The notes under the pieces are model-generated. The model had not been told where the DNA came from. It made no database searches and was given only the letters and a program-made list of their open reading frames with translations. Below, piece by piece: positions 44,901 to 56,800 of a stretch of DNA of 64,000 nt. Numbering within the stretch: position 1 is the first letter of the stretch; every line of letters starts with the position of its first letter. Source of the DNA: the human T2T-CHM13v2.0 reference genome, Homo sapiens; the NCBI RefSeq assembly GCF_009914755.1, contig NC_060926.1. One strand, given 5' to 3'. A program made the position numbers and the translations under genes.

Positions 44901-47900
44901 GAGCTCCAAATATCCAGTTGCAGATTCTACAAACGGTGTGTTTCAAAACTGCTCTATGAAAAGGAATGTTCAACTCTGTGAGTTGAATGGAAACATCACA
45001 AAGAAATTTCTGAGAATGCTTCTATCTAGTTTTTATGTGAAGCTACTCGCGTTTCCAGCGAAGGCTTCAAAGCTGTCCAAATATCCACTTGCAAATTCTG
45101 CAAAAAGAGTGTTTCAAAGCTGCTCTATCAAAGGAAAGATTCAACTCTGAGTTGATTGCGGAAATCACAAAGAAGTTTCTGTGAATGCTTCTGTCTGGTT
45201 TTTATGTGAGGATATTCGCATTTCCAGCGAAAGCCTCAAAAGCTGTCCAAATATCCAGCTTGAAAATTCTACAAGAAGAGTGTTTCAAAACTGCTCTATC
45301 AAAAGAAAGGTTAACTCTGTGAGTTGAGTACGCATATCAAAAAGAAGTTTCTGAGAATGCTTCTGTCTAGTTTTTATGTGTAGATATTTCATTTTTCACC
45401 ATAGGCCTCAAGCGCTCCAAATGTCTACTTGCAGATACTACAAAAAGAGTATTTCAAACTACTCTATGAAAACGAATGTTCAACTCTGCGAGTTGATTGC
45501 AAACATCACAAAGAAGTTTCTGAGTATGCTTCTGTCTAGTTTTTATGTGAAGATAGTCCCATTTCCAACAAAGGCCTCAAAGCTCTCCAAATGTCCACTT
45601 ACAGATTCCACAGAGAGTTTCAAAACTGCTCTATCAAAAGAAAGGTTCAACTCTGTGAGTTGAGTGCACACATCACAAAGAAATTTCTGAGAATGCTTCC
45701 GTCTAGTTTTTATGTTAAGATATTTCGTTTTTCACCATAGGCCACAAAGTACACAAAATGACCACTTGCAGATTCTACAAAGAGAGTGTTTCAAAACTGC
45801 GCTATTAAAATAAGGGTTCAACTCTGTGAGTTGAATGCAAACATCACAAAGAAGTTTCTGATAATGCTTCTCTCGAGTTTTCATGTGAAGGTATTCCTGT
45901 TTCGATCGAAGGCCTCAAAGTGCTCCAAATATCCACTTGCAGATTCTACAAAGAGTGTTTCAAAACTGCTCTAGGAAAAGGAATGTTCAACTCTGTGAGT
46001 TGAATGCAAACATCGGAAAGAAGTTTCTGAGAATGCTTCTGTCTAGTTTTTATGTGAAGATATTCCGTTCCCAGCGAAAGCCCCAAACCTGTCCAAATAT
46101 CCATTAGCAGAATCTACAAAGAGAGTGTTTCAAAACTGCTCTATCAAAAGAAAGGTTCAACTGTGTGAGTTGAGTACACACATCACAAAGATGTTTCTGA
46201 GTATGCTTCTATCTAGTTTTTATGTGTAGTTATTTCCTTTTCCACCATAGGCTTCAAAGCGCTCCAAATGTCCACTTGCAGGATCTACAAAAAGAGTGTT
46301 TCAAAAATGCTCTATGAAAAGGAATGTTTAACTTTGTGAGTTGAATGCAAACATCAAAAAGAACTTTCCTAGAATGCTTCTGTCTAGTTTTTTTAAGAAA
46401 ATAGTCCCTTTTCCAGCAAAGGCTTCAAAACTGTCCAAATATCCAGTTGCAGATTCTACAAAGAGAGTGTTTCAAAACTGCTCTATCAAAAGAAATGTTC
46501 AAATCTGTGAGTTGAGTATACACATCACAAAGTAGTTTCTGAGAATGTTTCTGTCTAGTTTTTATGTGAAGATACTCCTGTTCCCAGCAAAGGCCTTAAA
46601 GCTGTCCAAATATCCACTTGCAAATTCTGCAAAAAGAGTGTTTCCAATCTGCTCTATCAAAAGAAAGTTTCAACACTGTGAATTGAATGCACACATCACA
46701 AAGGAGTGTCTGAGAATGCTTCTGTCTAGTTTTTTTGTGAAGATATTCCCGTTTCCAATGAAAGCCTCAAAGCTGTCCAAATATCCACTTGTAAATGCTA
46801 CAAAAAGAGGGATTCAAATCTGCTCTATTAAAAGATAGGTTCACCTCTGTGAGTTGAGTACACACATCACAAAGAAGTTTCTGAGAATGCTTCTGTCTAG
46901 TTTTTATGTGAAGATATTTCCTTTTTCACCATAGGCCTCAAAGCGCTTCAAATGTCCATTGCAGATTCTACAAAAAGAGTGTTTCAAAACTGCTCTATGA
47001 AAAGGAATGTTCAACTCTGTGAGTTGAATGCAAACATTGCAAAGAAGTTTCTGAGAATGCTTCTGTCTAGTTTTTATGTGAAGATATTTCCGTTTCCAAT
47101 GAAAGCCTCAAAGCTGTCCAAATATCCACTTGTAAATGCTGTAAAAAGAGTGTTTCAAAACTGCTCTAGCAAAGGAAAAGTTCATCTCTGTGTGTTTAGT
47201 ACACACATCAAAAAGAAGTTCCTGAGAATGCCTCTGTCTAGTTTTTATGTGAAGATATTCCCGTTTCCAACCAAAGCCTCAAAGCTGTCCAAATATCCCC
47301 TTGTAAATGCTGCAAAAAGAGTGTTTCAAAACTGCTCTAGAAAAAGAAAGGTTCATCTCTGTGAGTTGAATACACACATCACAAAGAAGTTTGTGAGAAT
47401 GCCTCTGTCTAGTTTTTATGTGAAGATATTTCCTTTTTCACCATAGGCCTCAATGCACTCCGAATGTCCACTTGCAGATTCTACAAAAAGAGTCTTTCAA
47501 AACTGCTCTGTCAAAAGGAATGTTCAACTCTGAGTGAAATGCAAACATCACAAAGAGGTTTCTGAGAACGCTTCTGTCTAGTTTTTATGTGAATATATTC
47601 CTGTTTCCAACGAAGGCCACAAAGCGCTCCAAATGTCCACATACAGATTCTACGAAAGGAGTGTTTAAATACGCTCTATCAAAAGGAAGGTTCAATTCTG
47701 TGTGTTGAGTGGACACATCACAAAGAAGTTTCTGAGACTGCTTCTGTCTAGTTTTTATGTGAAGATATGCCCGTTACGAACGAAGGTGTCAAAGCGCTTC
47801 AAATGTCCACTTGCAGATACTACAAAGGAGTGTTTCAAAACTACTCTCTGAAAAGGAGTGTTCAACTCTGTGAGTTGAATGTAAACATCACGGGGAAGTT

Positions 47901-50850
47901 TCTGAGAATGCCACTGTCTAGTTTTTTGTGAACATATTCCCGTTTCCAACAAGACCCTCAAAGCTCCCAAATATTCACTTGCAGATTCCACAAAAAGAGT
48001 GCTTCAAAACTGCTCTATCAAAAGAAAGGTTTAACTCTGTGAGTTGAGTGCACACATCACAAAGAAGTTTATGAGAATTCTTCTGTCTAGTTTTTGTCTT
48101 AAGATATTTCGTTTTTCACCATATGCCTCAAGCACTCCAAATGTCCACTTGCACGTTCTACAAAGAGAGTGTTTCAAAAGTGCTCTATAAAAAGGAATGT
48201 TCAACTCTGTGAGTGAATGCAAGCATGACAAAGAAGTTTCTGAGAATGCCTCTGTCTAGTTTTTATTTGAAGATAATACTGTTTCCAACGAAAGGCTCAA
48301 AGCTTTCCAAATATCCAGTTGGAGATTCTACAAAAAGAGTGTTTGAAACCTGCTCTATGAAAAGGAATGTTCAACTCTGTGAATTAAATGCACACATAAC
48401 AAAGAAGTTTCTCAGAATCCTTCTGTCTAATATTTATGTGAATATATTCCCGTTTCCAACGAAGGCCACAAAGCACTCTAAATGTCCACTTGCAGATTGT
48501 ACGGAAAGAGTGTTTAAAAACGCTCTATCAAATAAAGGTTCAACTCTGTGTGTTGAGTGCACACATCACAAAGAAGTTTCTGAGAATGCTTCTGTCTAGT
48601 TTTTATGCTAAGATATTTCCTTTTTCACCATAGTCTTCAAAGCACACAAAATGTCAACTTGCAGATTCTACAAAGAGAGTGTTTCAAAACTGCTCTATCA
48701 AAAGAAGGGTACAACTCTGTGAGTTGAATGCACACATCACAAAGAAGTTTCAGAGAATGCCTCTGTCTAGTTTTTATGTGAAGATATGCCTGTTTCGAAT
48801 GAAGTCTTCAACACGCTCCAAATGTCCAATTCCAGATACTACAAAAAGAGTGTTTCAAAACTGCTCTATGAAAAGGAATGTTCAACTCTATGAGTTGAAT
48901 GCAAACATCACATAGAAGTTTCTGAGAATGCTTCTGTCTAGTTTTTATGTGAACATATTCCCGTTTCCAACGAAGGCCACAAAGTGCTCCGAATGTCCAC
49001 TTGCAGATACTACAAAAAGAGTGTTTCAAAACTGCTCTATGAAAAGGACTGTTCATCTCTGTGAGTTGAATGCACACATCACAAAGAAATTTCGGAGAAT
49101 GCTTCTGTCTAGTTTTTATGTGAAGATATTTCCTTTTTCACCATAGACCTCAAAGCACTCCAAATGTCCACTTGCAGATACAACAAAAAGAGTGTTTGAA
49201 ATCTCCTCTATGAAAAGGAATGTTCAACAATGTTAGTTGAATGCAGTCATCACAAAGAAGTTTCTGAGAATGCTTCTTTCTAGTTTTTATGTGAAGATAT
49301 TCCCGTTTGCAACGAAAGCCTGAAACATGTCCAAATATCCATTTTGTAGTTTCTACAAAGAGAGTGTTTCAAAACTGTTTCAAAAGTGTTTCAAAGTGTT
49401 AAAAGAAAGGTTTAACTCTGTGAGTTGAGTACACACATCACAAGGAAGTTTCTGAGAGTGATTCTGTCTAGTTTTTATGTGAAGATATTTCCTTTTCCAC
49501 CATAGGCCTCAAAGTGCTCCAAATGTCCACTTGCAGATTCTACAAAAAGAGTGTTTCAAAACTGCTCTCTGAAAAGTAACGTTCAACTCTGTGTGTTGAA
49601 TGCAAATATCAAAAAGATGTTTCCTAGAGTGCTTCTATCTAGTTTTTCTGTGAAGATATTCCCGTTTCCAAAGATAGCTTCAAAGCTGTCCTAATATCCA
49701 CTTGTAAATTCTACAAGAATAGTGTTTCAAAACTGCTCTATCAAAAGAAAGGTTTAACTCTGTGAGTTGAGTACATACATCACAAAAAAGTTTCTGAGAA
49801 TGCTTCTGTCTAGTGTTTATGTTAAGATATTTTGTGTTTCACCATAGGCCTCAAAGCATACCAAATGTCCACTTTCAGATTCTACAAAGAGAGTGCTTCA
49901 AAACTGCTCTCTCAAAAGCAGTGTTTAACTCTGTGAGCTGAATGTACACATCATAAAGAAGTTTCTGAGATTGCTTCTGTCTAGTTATTATGTGAAGATA
50001 TTCCCCTTTCGAATGAAGGCCTCAAAGCACTCCAAATGTCCACTTGCAGATTCTACAAAAAGAGTGTTTCAAAACTGCCCTATGGAAAGGAAGATTCAAC
50101 TCTGTGAGTTGAATGCACACATCACAAAGTAGTTTCTGCGAATGCTTCTGTCTACTTTTTATGTGGAGATATTTCTTTTTTCACCATAAGCCTCAAAGAA
50201 CTCAAAATGTCCACCTGCAGATACTACAAAAAGATTGTTTCAAAACTTCTCTATCAAAAGGAATGTTCAACTCTGTGAGTTGAATGCAAACATCACAAAG
50301 CAGTTTCTGAGAATGCTTCTGTCTAGTTTTTATATAAAGATACTCCCGCTTCCAGCAAAGGCCTCAAATCTGTCCAAATATCCCTTGCAAATTCTACAAA
50401 AAGAGTGTTTCAAATCTGCTCTATCTAAAGAAAGTTTCAACTCTGTGAGTTGAATGCACACATCATAAAGAAGTTTCTGAGAATGCTTCTGTCTAGTTTT
50501 TTTGTGAAGATATTCCCGTTTCCAACGAAAGCCTCAAAGCTGTCCTAATATCCGTTTGTGAATTTTACAAGCAGAGTGTTTCAAAACTGCTCTGTCAAAA
50601 GAAAGGTTTAACTCTGTGTGTTGAGTGCACACATCACAAAGAAGTTTCTGAGAATGCTTCTGTCTATTTTTTATGTTAAGATATTTCCTTTTTCACCATA
50701 GGTCTCAAAGCACGCCAAATGTCCACTTGCATATTCTGCAAAGAGTGTTTCAAAACTGCGCTATCAAAAGAAGCGTTCAACACTTTGAGTTGAAGGCACA
50801 CATCACAAAGAAGTTTCTGAGCATGATTCTGTATAGTTTTTATGTGAAGA
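29901..50850 (-). repeat. Alpha satellite, irregular A/B monomer layer (SF5 R1/R2-like)
   Basis: gtgagttg replaces gtgacttg/gttagttg. A-box and B-box monomers occur in irregular order, with more indels and degenerate CENP-B boxes. Confidence 0.9.
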
Positions 50851-53800
50851 TATTCCCGTATCCGACGAAGGCCTCCAGGCGGTCTAAATATCTATTTGCA
50901 CATTCTACTAAAAGAGAGTTTAAAAGCTGTTGTATGATAAAGTGTGTTCAAATCTGTGAGTTGAATGCACACATCACAAAGAAGTTTCTGAGAATGCTTC
51001 TCTCTAATATTTATGTGAAGATATTACGGTTTCCAATGAAGTCCTCAAAACCGTCCAAATATCCACTTGCAGATTTTATAAAAAGAGTGTTTCAAAACTG
51101 CTCTATCAAAAGACAGCTTCAACACTGTGAGTGGAATGCACACATCACAAAGTAGTTTCTGAAAATGCTGCTGTCTAGTTTTTATGTGAAGATATTCCCG
51201 TTTCCAATGAAGGCCACAAAGCCGTCCAAATACCCACTTGCAGATTCTACTAAAAGAGTGTTTCAAAACTGCTCTATGATAAGGAATGTTCAACTCTGTT
51301 AATTGAAGGCAAACATCGCAAAGAAGTTTCTGAGAATGCTTCTGTCTAGTTTTTGTATGAAGATGTATCCTTTTCCATCATAGGCCTCTAAGCTCTCCAA
51401 ATGTCCACTTGCAGATTCTACAAAAAGAGTGTTTCAAAACTGCTCCTCAAAAGTAAGGTTCAACTTTTTGAGTTTAATACACACATCACATAGAAGCTTC
51501 TGAGAATGCTTCCGTCTAGTGTTTATGTTAAGATATTCCTGTTTCCAACGAAGGCTTCAAAGCGGTCGAAATATCCTCTTGCAGATACTACAAAAAGCGT
51601 GTTTCAAAACTGCTCCATGAAAAGGTATGTTCAACCCTGTGAGTTGAATGTAAACATCACAAAGAAGTTTCTGAGAACGCTTCTGTCTGGTTTTCGTGTG
51701 AAGATGTATCATTTTCTACCGTAGTCCTCAAAGCTCTCCAAATGTGCACTTGCAGATTCTACAAAAAGTGTGTTTCAAAACTGCTGTATCAAAAGAAAGG
51801 TTCAACTCTGTGAGTTGAATGCCCACATCACAAACAAGTTTCTTAGGATGCTTCTGTCTAGTGTTTATGTGAAGATATTCCCGTTTCCAACTAAGGCCTC
51901 AAAGAAGTCCAAATATCCAATTGCAGATTCTACAAAAAGAGCGTTTCAAAACCGCTCTATGAAAATTTATGTTCAACTCTTTGAGCTGAATGCAAAGATC
52001 ACAAAGAAGTTTCTGAGAATTCTTCTGTCTCATTTTTATATAAAGATATTTCCTTTTCCACCATTGGCCTCAAACCTCTCCAAATGTCCACATACAGATT
52101 CTACAAAAAGAGTGTTTAAAACCTGCTGTATCAAAAGAAGGGATCAACTCTGTGAGATGAATGAACACATCACAAAGAAGTTTCTGAGAATGAGTCTGTC
52201 TAGCTTTTATGTGAAAATATTCCCGTTTCCAACAAAGGCCTCAAAGTGGTCCAAATATCCACTTGCAGACCCTAAAAAAAGAGTGATTCAAAACTGCTCT
52301 GTCAAAAGAAAGGTTCAACTCTGTGAGATGAATTTACACATCACAAAGAAGTTTCTGAGAATGCTGCTATCTACTCTTTATGTGAAGATAGTCCCATTTC
52401 CAACGAAGACCTCAAACAGTTCGAAATATCCACTTGCAGATTGTACTAAAAGATTGTTTCAAAACTGCTCTCATAAGGAATGTCCAACTCTGTGAGTTGA
52501 AAGCAAACATCACCAAGAAGTTTCTGAGAATGCTTCTGTCTAGTTTTTATGGGAAGATATTTCCTTTTCCACCGTAGGCCTTAAAGTGCTCCAAATGTCC
52601 ACTTGCAGATCCTACAAAAAGAGTGTCTCAAACCTGCTCTCTCAAAAGAAAGGTTCAACTCTGTGAGTTGAATACACACAGCACAAATAAGTTTCTGAGA
52701 AAGATTCTGTCTAGCGATTATGTGAAGATATTCCCGTTTCCAACAAAGGCTTGTAAGTGGTCCAAATATCCACTTGCAGATTCTACTAAAAGAGTGTTTC
52801 TAAACAGCTCTATGATAAGGTATGCTCAACTCTGTGAGTTGAGAACAAACATCACAAAGAAGTTTCTGAGAATGCTTCTGTCTAGTTTTTATGTGAAGAT
52901 ATTTCCTTTCCCACCGTAGGCTTCAAAGCGCTCCAAATGTCCACTTGGAGATTCTGCAAAAAGAGTGTTTCAAAACTGCTCTATCAAAAGAAAGGTTCAA
53001 CTCTGTGAGATGAAAGCACACATCACAAAGAAGTTTCTGAGAATTCTTCTGTCTGGTTTTTATATAAAGATATTACCTTTTCCACCATAGGCCTCAAAGT
53101 TCTCCAAATGTCCGCTTGCAGATTCTACAAAAACAGGGTTTTAAAAATGCTCTATGATAAGGTATGTTCAACTCTGTGAGTTGAATGCACACATCACAAA
53201 GAAGTTTCTGAGAATGCTGCTGTCTAGTTTTTATGTGAAGATATTCCCTTTTCCAACGAATGCCTCAAAGCTGTCCAAACAACCACTTGCAGATTCTACT
53301 AAAAGGGTGTTTCAAAGCTGCTCTATGATAAAGTATGTCCAACTCCATGAGTTGAATATAAACATCAGAGAAAAGTTTCTGAGAATTCTTCTGTCTAGTT
53401 TTTATGTGAAGATATTTCCTTTTCCACCATAGGCCTTAAAGCGCTCAAAGTGTCCACTGGCAGATTCTGAAAAAAGAGTGATTCAAACCTGCTCTATCAA
53501 AAGAAAGGTTCAACTCTGCGAGTTCAATGCACAAAGCACAAAGAAGTTTCTGAGAATGCTTCTGTCTAGTGTTTATGTGAAGATATTCCCGTTTCCAATG
53601 AAGGCCTTAAAGCTCTCCAAATATCCACTTGCAGATTCTACAAAAAGAGTGTTTTAAAACTGCACTATCAAAAGAAAGGTTCAACTCTGTGAGTTGAATG
53701 TACACATCACAAAGAAGTTTCTGAGAATGCTTCTGTCTAGTATTTATGTGAAGATATTCCCGTTTCCAACGAAGGCCCCAAAGCGTTCCAAGTCTCCACT

Positions 53801-56800
53801 TGCAGATTCTACTAAAAGAGTGTTTCCAAATTGCTTTATGATAAGGTAGGTTCAACTCCGTGAGTTGAAGGCAAGCATCACAAAGAAGTTTCTGAGAATG
53901 CTTCTGTCTAGTTTTTATCTGAAGATATTTTCTTTTCCACCATATTCCTTAAATCGCTCCAAATGTCCAATTGCAGAATCCACAAAAAGAGTGTTTCAAA
54001 CCTGCTCTATCAAAAAAAGGTTCAACTCTCTGAGTTTAATGCACACAGCATGAAGAAGTTTCTGAGAATGCTTTGTCTAGATTTTATGTGAAGATATTTC
54101 CTTTTCCACCATAGGCTTCAAAGCTCTCCAAATGTACACTTGCAGATTCTACAAAAAGAGTGTTTCAAAACTGCTCTATCAAAAGAAAGGTTCAACTCTG
54201 TGGGTTGAATGCACACATCACATAGAAGTTTCTGGGAATGCATCTGTCTAGTTTTTATGTGAAGATATTCCCGTATCCAACGAAGGCCTCAAAGCAGTCC
54301 ACATATCCACTTGCAGATTCTGCAAAAAGAGTGTTTCAAAACTGCTCTATCAAAAGAAATGTTCAACTCTGTGAGTTGAATGTACACATCACAAGGAAGT
54401 TTCTGGGAATGCTGCTGTCTAGTATTTATGTGAAGATATTCCCGTTTCCAATGAAGGCCTCTAGGCGTTCCAAATATCCACTTGCAGATTCTCCTGAAGG
54501 AGTTTTTCAAAAATGCCCTGTGATAAAAGTATATCCAACTCTGTGAGTTGAATGCAAACATCAGAAAGAAGTTTCTGAGAATACTTCTGTCTAGTTTTTA
54601 TGTGAAGATATTTCCTTTTCCACCATAGGCCTCAAAGCTCTCCAAATGTCCACATGCAGATTCTGCACAAAGAGTGTTGCAAACCTGCTCTATCAAAAGA
54701 AAGGTTCAGCTCTGTGAGTTGAATGCAAACATCACGAAGTTTCTGAGAAGGCTTCTATCTAGTATTTCTGTGAAGATACACCCTTTTCCAATGAAGGCCT
54801 CAAAGCGGTCGAAATATCCAGTTGCAGATTCTCCAAAAAGAGTGTTTCAAACCTGCTCTATCAAAAGCAAGGTTCAACTCTGTGAGGTGAATGCACACAT
54901 CACAAAGAAGTTTCTGAGAATGCTTCTGTTTAGTTTTTATGCGAAGATATTTCCTTTTCTACCAGAGGCCTCAAGCTCTTCAAATGTCCAAAAGCAGATT
55001 TTACAAAAAGAGTGTTTCAAAACTGCTCTGTCAAAAGGAAGGTTCAACTCTGTGAGTTGGATGGACACATCACAAAGAAGTTTTTGAGAATGCTTCTGTC
55101 TACTCTTTATGTGATGATATTCCCGTTTCCAACGAAGGCCTCAAAGCCGTCCAAATATCCACAGGCAAATTCTATGAAAAGAGTGTTTCAAAACTGCTCT
55201 ATGAAAAGGAAGGTTCAACTCTGTGAGTTGAATGCAAACATCACAAAGAAGTTTCTGAAAATGCTTCTGTCTAGTGTTTATGTGAAGATATACCCGTTTC
55301 TAACAAAGGCCTCAAAGCGGTCCAAATATCCACTAGCAGAATCTACAAAAAGAGTGTTTCAAACCTGCTCTATCAAAAGAAAGGTTCAACTCTGTCAATG
55401 GAATGCACACATCACTAAGGAGTTTTTGAGAATGCTTCTGTCTAGTGTTTATGTGAAGATATTCACGTTTCCACGAAGGCCTCAAAGCGGTCCAAATATC
55501 CACTTGCAAATTCTACTGAAAGAGTGTTTCAACACTGCTCTATGATAAGGTATGTTCAACTCTGTGAGTTGAATGCAAACATCACAAAGAAGTTTCTGAG
55601 AATGCTTCCGTCTAGTTTTTATATGAAGACATTTCCTTTTCCAACATAGGCCTCAAACCGCTCCAAATGTCCACTTGCAGATTCTACAAAAAGAGGGTTT
55701 TAAACCCGCTCTATCAAAAGAAAGGTTCAACTCTGTGAGTTGAATCCACACAGCGCAAAGAAGTTTCTGAGAAAGCTTCTGTCTAGTGATTATGTGAAGA
55801 TATTCCCGTTTCCATCGAAGGCCTCAAAGCAGTCCAAATATCCATTTGCAGATTCTACTAAAAGACTGTTTCAAAACTGCTCTATGATAAAGTATGTTCA
55901 ACTCTGTGAGTTGAATGCAAACATCACAAAATAGTTTTCGAGAATGCTCCTGTCTAGTTTTTATGTGAAGATATTTCCTTTTCCACCCTAGGCCTCAAAG
56001 CGCTCCAAATGTACACTTGCTGATTCTGCAAAAAGAGTGTTTCAACCCTGCTCTATGAAAAGGAAGGTTCAACTCTGTGAGTTGAATGCACACATCACTA
56101 AGAAGTTTCTGAGAATTCTTCTGTCTAGTGTTTATGTGATGATATTCCCGTTTGCAACGATGGCCTCAAAGTTGTCCAAATATCCCCTTGCAGATTCCTC
56201 TATAAGAGTGCTTCAAAACTACTCTATGATAAGGTATGTTCAACTCTGTGAGTTGAATGCACACATCACAAAGTAGTTTCTGAGAATGCTTCTGTCTAGT
56301 ATTTATGTGAAGCTATTCCCTTTTCCAACGAAGGCCTCAAAGAGGTCCAAATTTCCACTTGCAGATTCTACTAAAAGAGTATTTCAAAACTGCTCTATGA
56401 TAAAGTCTCTTCAACTCCGTGAGTTGAATGCACACATCACAAAGCAGTTTCTCAGAATGCTTCTGTCTAATTTTTATGTTAAGGTATTTTCTTTCCAACT
56501 TTAGGCCTCAAAACGATCCAAATGTCCACTTGTAATTTCTGCAAAAGAGTGTTTCAAACCTGCTCTATCAAAATAAAGGTTAAACTCTGTGAATTTAATG
56601 CACACATCACAAAGAAGTTTCTGAGAATGCTTTGGTCTAGTTTTTATGTGAAGATACTCTCCTTTCCAACAAAGGCATGAAAGCGGTTCAATTACCCACA
56701 TGCAGATACTACTAAAAGAGTGTTTCAAAACTGCTCTGTGATAAAGTTTGTTCAACTCTGAGAGTTGAATGCAAACGTCACAAAGAAGTTTCTGAGAATG

